In this document: in pieces, positions 29,271 to 38,477 of the stretch
Position numbering within the stretch: position 1 is the first letter of the stretch
Layout of the letters: each line of letters begins with the position of its first letter
Source of the DNA: Candidatus Micrarchaeota archaeon
Lineage (GTDB): Archaea; Micrarchaeota; Micrarchaeia; Anstonellales; Bilamarchaeaceae
DNA length: 64,000 nt
Assembly: GCA_018304385.1 (NCBI GenBank)
Contig: JAGVWJ010000014.1
Location: forward strand, 1-64,000
Direction: 5' to 3'
Position numbers and translations under genes: made by a program
Notes under the pieces: model-generated
The model's input: the letters and a program-made list of their open reading frames with translations, nothing else
Told to the model about the DNA's origin: nothing
Database searches by the model: none

Positions 29271-31388
29271 TTATTTAAACAATGTTGATATGGTGCAGGA
29301 TTTATAATAAGCACTGTCACCATGCAAAAATGCTTTAGTATCATATATAGTTGAAAGAGCAGGTTTTTCTGGAACTGCAGAATAAGCAAGCACAAACGAG
29401 GTAGTATTCTTAAGCTCAATCTTGCAATCTGATTTATCTTTTACTATGTCAGCAGAGGAAGACTTAACAGTACACGTATCACCAAGCTCATAGATAAGCA
29501 CAGACTTATTATTAGCACGTAAACTATCTGCAATCATGTTGGCGCAGGATTTCATATTGTTGGCAGCATCATAATTAACACCCTGCAATTCTAGAGCAAT
29601 TGCAGAGGACTTTTTAGTATTAATATCATATATAAACTCTTCAATATCAGCTGCTGATGCAGTTTTAGTTAAGAATACATATAAAAAGACAGAGAATATT
29701 AAAAGGCCAATAATAAATATTCCATATCCGCCTAATAATACAAATTTTACTAAACCAGTTGCTAGTCTGAATTTTGCAAAGATACCAAAGAAAACAAATA
29801 AAGATAGGGCTGCTAGAGATAAGAATGTAATAGCTGCTACGCCTCCAAAAGAAAATAGCTTGTTAGATGCGAAATCACTTAGTGAAGTCAATTTAGTCAG
29901 AGATACAAGGCTTGCTAAACCGCTATTTATGCGTCTTGCGAATGACCTGAATTTAGAGCTTGCTAATTGGAATAAACCCTCTTTTTGTATCTTTAACAAT
30001 TCACTTGCCTGCTGTGAAACATTTGAATATGAAGCTGAAAGCTGCTGCAGCTCATTATCTGTTAGCCCTTTTGAAAAACTTGCATCTAAATTATTACTAA
30101 CATTTTTCAATTCATCTAGTCTTTTTCTATCTTTGCTACTCAAATCTTTTGTATCTAGAAGGAAGATTATTGCATTGGCAGTACTCTTTGTACTTAAAGA
30201 TTGGTTGTACAGTTGTAATACCTTTGGAATTAAAAGTTTGGTTTCAGAAATAGCCTCTTCATAGTCTGCAAGATCCTGCTCGATTGTTGAAAAATTGCGA
30301 AGTTCAATACTATTGTTTATTTTATTTGTAAGGTCATTTATTTTATTTAGGTTTATTCTTAAGGATTCATTGGAAACACTGTTTAATGCAGCAGATGTAT
30401 CTGCAGAAACTTCACCTGCACTTACTGATAATGGATCAAATAATGAAGAAAACTGGATTGCCTTTGTTTCAGAGGTCCTAAACAAGAATCTGGAAACTGT
30501 GTGGTTGTACACCTCAAAACTTATAGATTTGTGATTTACATAAGGTGCAGATTTGCTTAAAATTGAATTCGCATTGTTTTCTAAAAGATTAAGTTGACTA
30601 CCATTAAAAGATATGTCTGGGCACATCGCAAAACACTTTTCATCAATACATCTCTGAACTTCTGCAGGGTCAGTAGTTGGTGTTCTGACTCTTGTATTTT
30701 CTAAGGTAGATTTATGCGTTCTTAATTGAGGGACAATTGATTTTAGTTCGGTTAATGAGGATGCCAAGTTTTCATCGTTTATGTTTTCCATTAAAGATAA
30801 CGCATTTCTAACTAGTTTATCTGTTTCATCGCTTGCCTTTCCATATTCTTTTATTAAAGCAATCGTATCTTCAAAGCTTATTGTTTTTTTAATGCCTTTT
30901 GCATAACTCGCTGAATATAAGACTAGCGCTACTTTATAACAACCTTCATCACTATCACAATATATATACCCTGAACCATATTTGATCCCATTTAAAAGTA
31001 AAATTTGTCTACAAGCATATTCTTCTTTGCCAAGAAATCTTCCACCATCATTTCTACTAAGATTATAATCTAAAATTGCCTGTTTTAAAGATGCCAACTC
31101 CTCTGTTGAAGGATATGTTGTTTGCTTATAATACGCACCAAGAACACTTTTTATGTCGTTTTCAGTCTGCAATGGCTCTCCATTTTTTAGAAGGAAGAGG
31201 GGTTTTCCATCTAATTGGACTATAGAATAATTAATATTATCCAAGGTAAAGCTGCTTGCATTTAGTCTAGTTGCATTTTCTTTGTCATACAAAAAGTTTT
31301 TAGCATCAAAAGCAGCAAAACTAAAATAGGATAAAAGTAAAAGATAAAATATACACCTTGCCGCCTTGAACATACACATATTCCCCAC
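29271..31388 (-). CDS. Hypothetical secreted/membrane protein with coiled-coil region and two TM helices
   Basis: 705-aa ORF with signal-like N-terminus and a TM pair near the C-terminus; exact start uncertain. Confidence 0.7.
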   Translation of the reverse strand: MGNMCMFKAARCIFYLLLLSYFSFAAFDAKNFLYDKENATRLNASSFTLDNINYSIVQLDGKPLFLLKNGEPLQTENDIKSVLGAYYKQTTYPSTEELASLKQAILDYNLSRNDGGRFLGKEEYACRQILLLNGIKYGSGYIYCDSDEGCYKVALVLYSASYAKGIKKTISFEDTIALIKEYGKASDETDKLVRNALSLMENINDENLASSLTELKSIVPQLRTHKSTLENTRVRTPTTDPAEVQRCIDEKCFAMCPDISFNGSQLNLLENNANSILSKSAPYVNHKSISFEVYNHTVSRFLFRTSETKAIQFSSLFDPLSVSAGEVSADTSAALNSVSNESLRINLNKINDLTNKINNSIELRNFSTIEQDLADYEEAISETKLLIPKVLQLYNQSLSTKSTANAIIFLLDTKDLSSKDRKRLDELKNVSNNLDASFSKGLTDNELQQLSASYSNVSQQASELLKIQKEGLFQLASSKFRSFARRINSGLASLVSLTKLTSLSDFASNKLFSFGGVAAITFLSLAALSLFVFFGIFAKFRLATGLVKFVLLGGYGIFIIGLLIFSVFLYVFLTKTASAADIEEFIYDINTKKSSAIALELQGVNYDAANNMKSCANMIADSLRANNKSVLIYELGDTCTVKSSSADIVKDKSDCKIELKNTTSFVLAYSAVPEKPALSTIYDTKAFLHGDSAYYKSCTISTLFK

Positions 31389-31404
31389 ACAATATTTAAA
31401 TTAC

Positions 31405-32391
31405 TTATCCTTCGCGATTAATTACATATTCTGCAAGTTGGTTTAATGCTTTTTTTGCTTCAGAATCTTTTAAACCTTCTAATATCTTAAATGCCTTTGA
31501 TTTAAATTCCTCTGCTTTTTTATTTGCATAATCAATCGCACCAATACTTTTGAGTATTGATATGACCTTTTTTAAATCATCTTGATTTTTAGAATGAGAG
31601 GATAGAATTTTCTTTATAAACTGTTTTTCTTGTTCATTTGCATTTTTTAATGCATATATTATCATAAGTGTTCGCTTGCCTTCTGAGATGTCGCCTCCAA
31701 TCTCTTTTTTATACTTTTCAAAATCCCCAATAAGATTCAAAACATCATCTTTGATTTGAAAAGAAAACCCAAGATATTCACCGGCAGATTTTAGATTATT
31801 TATATCACTCTTATTTGCGCCGCCTAAGTAAGCACCGATTTCGCACGCTAAGCCAAGTAGCGCTGCTGTTTTTCCACTAATCATATTGATATAATCGCTT
31901 TCTGAGATATCAAAGTTATTTTTTGTATGCCAATTAAGCTCTATCCCTTGACCTTCGACTACGCGTCTAAAAGCGGTTCCATATAACTGAGCTATATGTA
32001 ATTTTTCCTTTTCTTTTAATTCTAAATTAATTATTTCCTGCCAAATAGATGTATAAAATGCATCGCCTGAGTTAAGCGCAACTGGTATACCATAAATCTT
32101 ATGAAGCGTCGGTTCGCCTCTTCGCATGTCAGAATTATCTTCTATATCGTCATGAATTAATGTAAAATTATGAAACAATTCGATAATGGCTGCTGGCTTG
32201 ATTATTTTTTTACTATCGCTGCCAAATGCTTCGCAGCATAGAAAAGTTAGAATAGGGCGAATGCGCTTTCCACCCCTCTTTATGTAAGGTAAGAGCATAT
32301 TATAGACTTCTTTAGGCTCTGCTGGAACCATTCTTTCAATTTCTTTCTCTAGTAATTCTAGCTCTTCTTTTACTAAATCATAAAATTGCAT
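31405..32391 (-). CDS. Polyprenyl (geranylgeranyl) diphosphate synthase
   Basis: GGKRIRP, LIHDDIED...RRG, KTAAL, FQIKDD, GDI.EGK.T. Confidence 0.93.
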   Translation of the reverse strand: MQFYDLVKEELELLEKEIERMVPAEPKEVYNMLLPYIKRGGKRIRPILTFLCCEAFGSDSKKIIKPAAIIELFHNFTLIHDDIEDNSDMRRGEPTLHKIYGIPVALNSGDAFYTSIWQEIINLELKEKEKLHIAQLYGTAFRRVVEGQGIELNWHTKNNFDISESDYINMISGKTAALLGLACEIGAYLGGANKSDINNLKSAGEYLGFSFQIKDDVLNLIGDFEKYKKEIGGDISEGKRTLMIIYALKNANEQEKQFIKKILSSHSKNQDDLKKVISILKSIGAIDYANKKAEEFKSKAFKILEGLKDSEAKKALNQLAEYVINREG

Positions 32392-32488
32392 GAGAAAAAT
32401 AAGCGAAGAGGGGTTTATAATTATTGCTTTGCAACAAGGTTTAGCCCCTAGGAAAGTTATTTTGATTATGAGCTAAACCTCGTTGTGA

Positions 32489-32627
32489 GCACTGAGCCAT
32501 GAGCAGTGGGCAAAGACTACCTTTTTAATCCCTTGTTACCACAATTAATGATATGAGAAGACAGGCAATTGGCAGTGGGCAATGTGCAGTGAGCCAAAGG
32601 CCAATAGCTAAGAGCCAAGTGCCACTA
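32489..32627 (+). repeat. Two phased heptamer arrays (32489-32516 intergenic; 32565-32627 coding)
   Basis: GCACTGA GCCATGA GCAGTGG GCAAAGA; GCAATTG GCAGTGG GCAATGT GCAGTGA GCCAAAG GCCAATA GCTAAGA GCCAAGT GCCACTA. Confidence 0.82.
32517..32544 (+). promoter_or_regulatory. Shared ~28-bp upstream motif of repeat-protein family (copy 2)
   Basis: CTACCTTTTTAATCCCTTGTTACCACAA, 8 nt before ATG. Confidence 0.7.
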
Positions 32628-34079
32628 ACTGACAAAATAGATAAATCAACTGAATTCAAACGTTGGTTAGCTTTATTCTTTATTGAAAGAGGGAGATATA
32701 AAATTACTGGTAAAGGTTATACTGAACTAGCGCCACAAGTTATTAGACAAAACCTAGAATTTGGAGAACCAGTCAGCGATAGAAAAAGAGAACCTAGGTT
32801 AGAAAGCACAAGACCATTAACTCCAAAAGAGATTAAGGAAACAGTAGCAGCCAGAGTAGAAGGAATGATTAGAGAGGGAAAGACTGAAGAATTACTTGAT
32901 GAAGGACATCTAGCTTATAAATCAAATTGGAAAAATAAACAAACTAGAATAACAGTAATAAAAAAACTATTAGAATTTTTAGGCGCTAGTCCTGCTAGAC
33001 TGGATAAATTAAGAGAAGAATTAGGTGAACTTATTCTAAAATCTGCAAGAGAAGAACCAACAGACACAAAAAGAATGCAAGAAGTTTTAGAAGAGATAAA
33101 AAGTAATTTAGAAAGAATTAGAAAACTAAGTTTCAACAATTTTAGATTTTATGGAATTTCTGGTATGACTGGTAAATACCATAGGAACTCTCCTTATTTA
33201 GTTTTAGTAGAAATAGGTTACGCTTATTCTGAGGAAGAAATTAGAGAACATGCTAGAACTGGAAAGTTTGGAACTGATAAAATATATCCTTGGGAAATGC
33301 AAAAAGTCGGAAGTGAAGTTTATAAAAATAATTCAATTAGGGTAGCTGCAATAAAATGGGTAGTTTGGAAATTGAAAAAGAAACCATCAGATATAAATAC
33401 AATTGATTTTCAAAGTAATTTAGGTGGATTATTAAGGTACTATAATGATTCTGTTTATTCTGCACTAGTCGACGCAGAATATGCACATACCACTGAAGAA
33501 ATATTAACCCAATCTAAAATTGGTATATTTAATGATAACAAAGCATACCCATGGGAACTAGAGAGAATGCCTTTTGGTCTATGGCCGAATAAAGAAATTA
33601 GAATAGCTGCTACTAAATGGTTAGTTTGGAAAACTAAAAAAGATCCAAGGGAGATAACTCATAAGGATTTTAACAATAATAGATTAAACGGATTATTAAA
33701 TCATTGCGAAGAATATGCTTATAGGGCATTAGTAGAAGCGGGTTATGTTTATTCTGAAGATAAAATTAAAGAGCATGCAGGAACTGGAGAATTTAAAACT
33801 GAAAAAATTTATCCCTGGGAGATGGACCCTGCTCCACATGGATTTTACGAAGAAAAAGAAAATAGAATAGCTGTAATAAAGTGGCTATTCTGGAAAACTA
33901 GAAAACAAGCAAAGGATATAATTCAACAGGATTTTATCAATAATGGGATTGCTACTATACTAAAATATTATAATGGCTCCCCCTATGAAGCACTTTTAGA
34001 AGCAGATCTAATAAGACCAGAAAATGAATCATACATGCGAAAGCGTGGATATCTAAATCTACAAAAAAGACACAGTTAA
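32553..34079 (+). CDS. ~88-aa repeat protein family (DUF4046-like), paralogue 2 with three full repeats
   Basis: Three YPWE...KW..WK units plus C-cap; N-terminus encoded by a heptamer array. Confidence 0.85.
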   Translation: MRRQAIGSGQCAVSQRPIAKSQVPLTDKIDKSTEFKRWLALFFIERGRYKITGKGYTELAPQVIRQNLEFGEPVSDRKREPRLESTRPLTPKEIKETVAARVEGMIREGKTEELLDEGHLAYKSNWKNKQTRITVIKKLLEFLGASPARLDKLREELGELILKSAREEPTDTKRMQEVLEEIKSNLERIRKLSFNNFRFYGISGMTGKYHRNSPYLVLVEIGYAYSEEEIREHARTGKFGTDKIYPWEMQKVGSEVYKNNSIRVAAIKWVVWKLKKKPSDINTIDFQSNLGGLLRYYNDSVYSALVDAEYAHTTEEILTQSKIGIFNDNKAYPWELERMPFGLWPNKEIRIAATKWLVWKTKKDPREITHKDFNNNRLNGLLNHCEEYAYRALVEAGYVYSEDKIKEHAGTGEFKTEKIYPWEMDPAPHGFYEEKENRIAVIKWLFWKTRKQAKDIIQQDFINNGIATILKYYNGSPYEALLEADLIRPENESYMRKRGYLNLQKRHS

Positions 34080-34378
34080 ATTCTCCTCTTATTTCCGCAT
34101 TTTCCACACTTTAAGTAAAATGAATTATGCTTTGCATCAAAAATAGCTTTGGCATTGCCATTAACTATCAAAAATGATAAACATTTCCTACAGAATTTTT
34201 TCTTCTGATCCTTGGTTAATCTAATTTTATATTTCTTTACCAATGCCCAGAGCATTTCTATGTAGCGCTTTGTACGATCAGGGTGCGAAGCTGTATTTTC
34301 TTCTGCTTGCGCTAGCAAAATTGCAATTGCATCTTTAGTTGTATTTTTTATCAGGCGTTTCTTAGCTTGAATGTTCAT
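34076..34378 (-). CDS. rnp4: Ribonuclease P protein component 4 (Rpp21)
   Basis: RY.E.L.....KYKIRL....KKKFCRKC...C.KCG..RR. Confidence 0.88.
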   Translation of the reverse strand: MNIQAKKRLIKNTTKDAIAILLAQAEENTASHPDRTKRYIEMLWALVKKYKIRLTKDQKKKFCRKCLSFLIVNGNAKAIFDAKHNSFYLKCGKCGNKRRI

Positions 34379-34431
34379 TGCTTTCGAAATATTGGTCTAA
34401 TATTATAAATCTTATGATTGATCATTATGAT

Positions 34432-35289
34432 ATGACTGGACCCGTAGGCAACACTGGGAATTTTATAGAGGATTATTTCATTCACCCATTAGTTTCACAA
34501 ACTGGGTATAATCCAGTAAATACTGCAGTATATGCGATAATTGCAATAATTGCCCTTTATTTTATTTGGGATATCTTTAAACGCAAAAAAATAGTTATTG
34601 ACAAAAAATTTGTTTATGCTGTTTTACCTTTTATTTTATTAGGATCGACAATGCGTGTTGTAACTGATTCAATAGATAATAATAAATTCAAGGCAATAAC
34701 ACCTATCCATGAGGCAATAATAAATTCTCACATTTATGACTATGGTTACCTTACTGTTACCCCGGGAGTATATTTAGTTACTGCAGCGATATTATTTATA
34801 TCAATGGGAGTTCTGCACTTAATTAAAAAATCGCAATATCTTGGACATGTTGGATTAATTCTGTGGCTATTCCATTTTCTTTTATTAGTACCGTTTATGC
34901 AGTATATTATGGATGCAATCCCAATATTGATTCTAGCTCTAATTCCAACAATAATCGCTTGGAAATATTTAAAGAATGAGATTTACGCATTAATTGTTGC
35001 TGGACACGCACTTGACGGCGCTGCAACTTTTTATGTTATTGATGTTTTTGGACCAAAGATTGGCAAGCTGTATTTTGAACAACACGTTGTTGGTGGATTT
35101 ATTGGTGCAGTATTTGGAACATTTTTTGCATTTTATTTAGTAAAGTTAGCAATAAGCTTTGGAGTTGCGCATCTGCTTAAGAAAGAAAAGGAAGACGAAA
35201 ATTTCAAGAACTTTATCGCATTAGCAATTATGATAATGGGTTTTGCACCAGGCATAAGAGATGTGCTTAGAATGGTTGTTGGTGCGTAA
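34432..35289 (+). CDS. DUF63-family membrane protein
   Basis: GYNPVNT..YA, GH.LDG.AT, GF.PG.RD motifs; start uncertain (34414 or 34432). Confidence 0.75.
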   Translation: MTGPVGNTGNFIEDYFIHPLVSQTGYNPVNTAVYAIIAIIALYFIWDIFKRKKIVIDKKFVYAVLPFILLGSTMRVVTDSIDNNKFKAITPIHEAIINSHIYDYGYLTVTPGVYLVTAAILFISMGVLHLIKKSQYLGHVGLILWLFHFLLLVPFMQYIMDAIPILILALIPTIIAWKYLKNEIYALIVAGHALDGAATFYVIDVFGPKIGKLYFEQHVVGGFIGAVFGTFFAFYLVKLAISFGVAHLLKKEKEDENFKNFIALAIMIMGFAPGIRDVLRMVVGA

Positions 35290-35292
35290 TTA

Positions 35293-36030
35293 ATGCAAAT
35301 AAATAACGAACGCTTTCTAGAAATAGACTTTCTACGCGGCATCGGAATAGTAATGGTTGTAATTTTTCATTTATTTTTTGATTTTGATTATTTTGGAATT
35401 TTGCAAAATGAGATGTACGAAGGATCTTGGTTAATCTTCCAAAGAAGTACCGCTAGCTTACTAATTTTGGTATTCGGTATTTCACTGGTATTGAGTTATG
35501 ATAGGGTAAAAGATAAAATAGAGAACCCATTCCTAAAATTTGGGAAACGCGCATTATTTCTTGCTGGAATAGCATCGTTAATCACATTAATAACTTGGAT
35601 TTATCCGCATAAAGGGTTTATAGTATTTGGAATAATTCATTTCTTAGCAATATCAGTTATTCTTGGGTATTTTTTCCTTAGATACTATTATATTAATTTA
35701 TTGCTGGGCATTGCAACAGTTATTATTGGCCTGCAATTTAGTGAGTTAACAGTAGATACTAATTTATTATTTTGGCTTGGTCTGTCTTTCAAAGGATTTT
35801 ATACATTAGACTACTTTCCTATTTTTCCATGGTTTGGGATTGTTTTAATTGGAATGTTCTTTGGTAAGCGCTTTTATATTGGTGCTAAGAAAAACTTGGA
35901 TTCTGGTATTGGGCAATCTTGGATCACAGATATGCTATCTTACTTAGGAAGAAAATCACTTCTAATTTATTTAATCCATCAGCCAATAATAATTGGGCTT
36001 TTACAGGTTTATTTGATAGCGAGCGGTTAG
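35293..36030 (+). CDS. DUF1624/HGSNAT-like membrane acyltransferase
   Basis: RF.EIDFLRGI.IV.MV.FH; FGIIHFL; DYFPIFPWFG; YLIHQP. Confidence 0.85.
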   Translation: MQINNERFLEIDFLRGIGIVMVVIFHLFFDFDYFGILQNEMYEGSWLIFQRSTASLLILVFGISLVLSYDRVKDKIENPFLKFGKRALFLAGIASLITLITWIYPHKGFIVFGIIHFLAISVILGYFFLRYYYINLLLGIATVIIGLQFSELTVDTNLLFWLGLSFKGFYTLDYFPIFPWFGIVLIGMFFGKRFYIGAKKNLDSGIGQSWITDMLSYLGRKSLLIYLIHQPIIIGLLQVYLIASG

Positions 36031-36068
36031 CCAGAGAGGATTAAAAATATTGTGCTGGAATTGGTATA

Positions 36069-36767
36069 ATGCGACTTGAAATTTTAGAAATTTCAAGGCT
36101 ATTGGCCCGCAGGCCAATCAGCCCTGATAAAAACAATTTAGTCCCTAATATTTTAGCGATAGGTGGTCTGCTTCTTATATTTCTAGTGCCTTATTTTTAC
36201 GCACAAGATACCGCTAACAAGCTACCTGAGATTCTACTTCTATTATACTTCGTACCTACATTTTTCGTATATTCAAACATGGATGAACGTAAATTTATCC
36301 TTGCAGTAATATTTATCGCTGGGATGGCAGAATCAATGAACGTTGGTTTTGGAGATTATAAATATCTAGATGCAATAAAGGTTCCGAATTGGGTATTCAT
36401 AGGATGGGCGGATACTGCCTGGGCATTGATAACATTAAATAAAATGCTAAAACCAAATACAAACCGAAATTTAACGTTAGGAGCAATAGTTACTATTTTT
36501 GCTATTTACGCGATATTTGCTTCGCATTCTATTGAAGGATTTTTTATAAATTGCTTTATAATGTCAGCTATATTCTTTGCGATCAAGCCAAAATCATATA
36601 ATATATTCCTAATCGCTGTTGTATTTGGAATGGTTATAGAATACTCTGGTGTCTTCCTTTTTGGAGCATGGAGTTATGCAATTAGCCCACCAGATCTAAG
36701 CAGGCTTGGTGCAATGTATTCTTTTATTTATTTCTTAGCTGCTATGATTTCGAGATATGAATTATAG
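36069..36767 (+). CDS. Hypothetical polytopic membrane protein
   Basis: Six to seven hydrophobic segments; internal E...V..G.(Y/W).Y duplication. Confidence 0.7.
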   Translation: MRLEILEISRLLARRPISPDKNNLVPNILAIGGLLLIFLVPYFYAQDTANKLPEILLLLYFVPTFFVYSNMDERKFILAVIFIAGMAESMNVGFGDYKYLDAIKVPNWVFIGWADTAWALITLNKMLKPNTNRNLTLGAIVTIFAIYAIFASHSIEGFFINCFIMSAIFFAIKPKSYNIFLIAVVFGMVIEYSGVFLFGAWSYAISPPDLSRLGAMYSFIYFLAAMISRYEL

Positions 36768-36783
36768 AAGCATTGAGTATATA

Positions 36784-36810
36784 CTACCTTTTATTCCTTT
36801 GTTACCACAA
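36784..36810 (+). promoter_or_regulatory. Shared ~28-bp upstream motif of repeat-protein family (copy 3)
   Basis: CTACCTTTTATTCCTTTGTTACCACAA, 9 nt before ATG at 36820. Confidence 0.65.
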
Positions 36811-36819
36811 TTTATAGGT

Positions 36820-38094
36820 ATGACAAGACGTACTGCAATGAGCCATGAGCCTTGGGCAGTGGGCAAAACACGAAACGCTGGACGTGAGACTACAATAAGC
36901 CAACAGCCACTAACTGATCAAATAGAAAAATCAGCAGAATTTAAGCGACGGTTAGCTTTATTCTTTATTGAAATAGGGAGATACAAGATTACTGATAAAG
37001 GATATGAAGAACTAGCACCTGTAGTATTTAGGCAAAATCTAGAATTTGGAGAACCTGTTAGTGATAGAGTTAGAGAACCAAGGTTAGAAAGTAAAAGACC
37101 ATTAACTCCAAAAGAGATTAAGGAAACAGTAGCAGCGAAAGTAGAAGGAATGATTAGAGAGGGAAAGACTGAAGAATTACTTGATGAGGGGCATATAATA
37201 TATAAAGCAGATTGGAAAGAAAAAAGAACTAGAATTAAAGTAATAAAAAAACTATTAGAATTTTTAGGAGCTAGTCCTGTTAGATTGGATGGATTAAGAG
37301 AAGAATTAAGCGAACTTATTCTAAAATCTGCCAGAGAAGAAAAGACAGATACAAAAAGAATGCAAGAGGTTTTAGAAGAGATTCAAAGAAATTTGGAGAG
37401 AGTTAGAAAAATAACCAAAGATGATTTTATTAACAATGGATTAGGTGGGTTGTTAATAAGTCATTACAAAAACTCTCCGCATTCTGCGTTAGTAGAAGCT
37501 GGATATGCTTACTCTGAAAATGAAATAAAGGAGCATGCTAGAACTGGAGAATTTGGAACTGATAAGATATATCCTTGGGAACATAACCAAACCGTACATA
37601 AGTTTTATAAAAAATCTGAAATTAGGGTGGCAGCTATTGAATGGCTTATTTGGAGACTAAAGAAAGATCCAAAGGAAATAAATACTGACGATTTCAGGAA
37701 CAATGGGTTAAGTGGATTGCTAAATCACTATAATGGTTCTCCCTATGCTGCACTACTAGAAGCTGGTTATGCTTATTCTGAAGATGAAATCTTAGAACAT
37801 GCTAAAAAAATGGAGTTCAGAACTGATAGGATTTATCCTTGGGAACTAACAAAAATGCCTGTTGAACTATGGCCTAATAAAGAAATCAGAATAGCAGCAA
37901 CCAAATGGTTGCTTTGGAAGTTAAAAAAAGAAGAACCAAGAGAAATAACCAGAAGGGATTTTATTAAAAACGGGCTCCAAGGCTTATTAGATAGATACGA
38001 TGGCTCTCCCTATGAAGCACTTCTAGAAGCCAGCCTAGTAGCGCCCACAGATGAATCTTACATGCGAGAACGAGGATACAGAAACTTAATATAG
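36820..38094 (+). CDS. ~88-aa repeat protein family (DUF4046-like), paralogue 3 with two full repeats
   Basis: Closely similar to 32553 over the N-domain; start set by shared upstream motif. Confidence 0.85.
   Translation: MTRRTAMSHEPWAVGKTRNAGRETTISQQPLTDQIEKSAEFKRRLALFFIEIGRYKITDKGYEELAPVVFRQNLEFGEPVSDRVREPRLESKRPLTPKEIKETVAAKVEGMIREGKTEELLDEGHIIYKADWKEKRTRIKVIKKLLEFLGASPVRLDGLREELSELILKSAREEKTDTKRMQEVLEEIQRNLERVRKITKDDFINNGLGGLLISHYKNSPHSALVEAGYAYSENEIKEHARTGEFGTDKIYPWEHNQTVHKFYKKSEIRVAAIEWLIWRLKKDPKEINTDDFRNNGLSGLLNHYNGSPYAALLEAGYAYSEDEILEHAKKMEFRTDRIYPWELTKMPVELWPNKEIRIAATKWLLWKLKKEEPREITRRDFIKNGLQGLLDRYDGSPYEALLEASLVAPTDESYMRERGYRNLI
36835..36912 (+). repeat. Phased heptamer array encoding N-terminus of repeat-protein paralogue 3
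   Basis: GCAATGA GCCATGA GCCTTGG GCAGTGG GCAAAAC ... GCCAACA GCCACTA. Confidence 0.78.
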
Positions 38095-38102
38095 CCAGAA
38101 TA

Positions 38103-38477
38103 CTACTTAGAAATCGATTTTTTCAAAACCTCTAAGCTAAGCAATGCACACTTAAGTCGCGAAGGATTTTTACTAAGATCAACCTTTATCATTTGTAAAA
38201 TATCCTCTTTTTGCATTTTTGCAAGCTCATCTAATGTTTTTCCTTTTATTTCTTCTGTGAGCAGGCTTGCAGATGCTTGACTAATCGCACACCCACTACC
38301 AATGAACTTTACTTCTGATACTTTTTTCTCACCATTGAGTTTAACAAAAATTTCTACCTTGTCACCGCATAGTGGATTAAAGCTTTCAGCATGCAGATCT
38401 GCATTTTCCATTTTCCCAAAATTAATTGGGTTCTTGTATAATTCTAAAATGAATTCTTGATATATCTCAGAAGACAT
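38103..38477 (-). CDS. sufU: SufU/IscU-type Fe-S scaffold/sulfur acceptor
   Basis: NPLCGD, G.GCAISQASAS, R.KCA.L. Confidence 0.92.
   Translation of the reverse strand: MSSEIYQEFILELYKNPINFGKMENADLHAESFNPLCGDKVEIFVKLNGEKKVSEVKFIGSGCAISQASASLLTEEIKGKTLDELAKMQKEDILQMIKVDLSKNPSRLKCALLSLEVLKKSISK

Noticed and set aside
32553-38094. Diversity-generating retroelement TR/VR pair among the repeat-protein paralogues
   Set aside because: Differences between copies include many non-adenine, third-position changes typical of ordinary paralogues, and no reverse transcriptase lies in the window.
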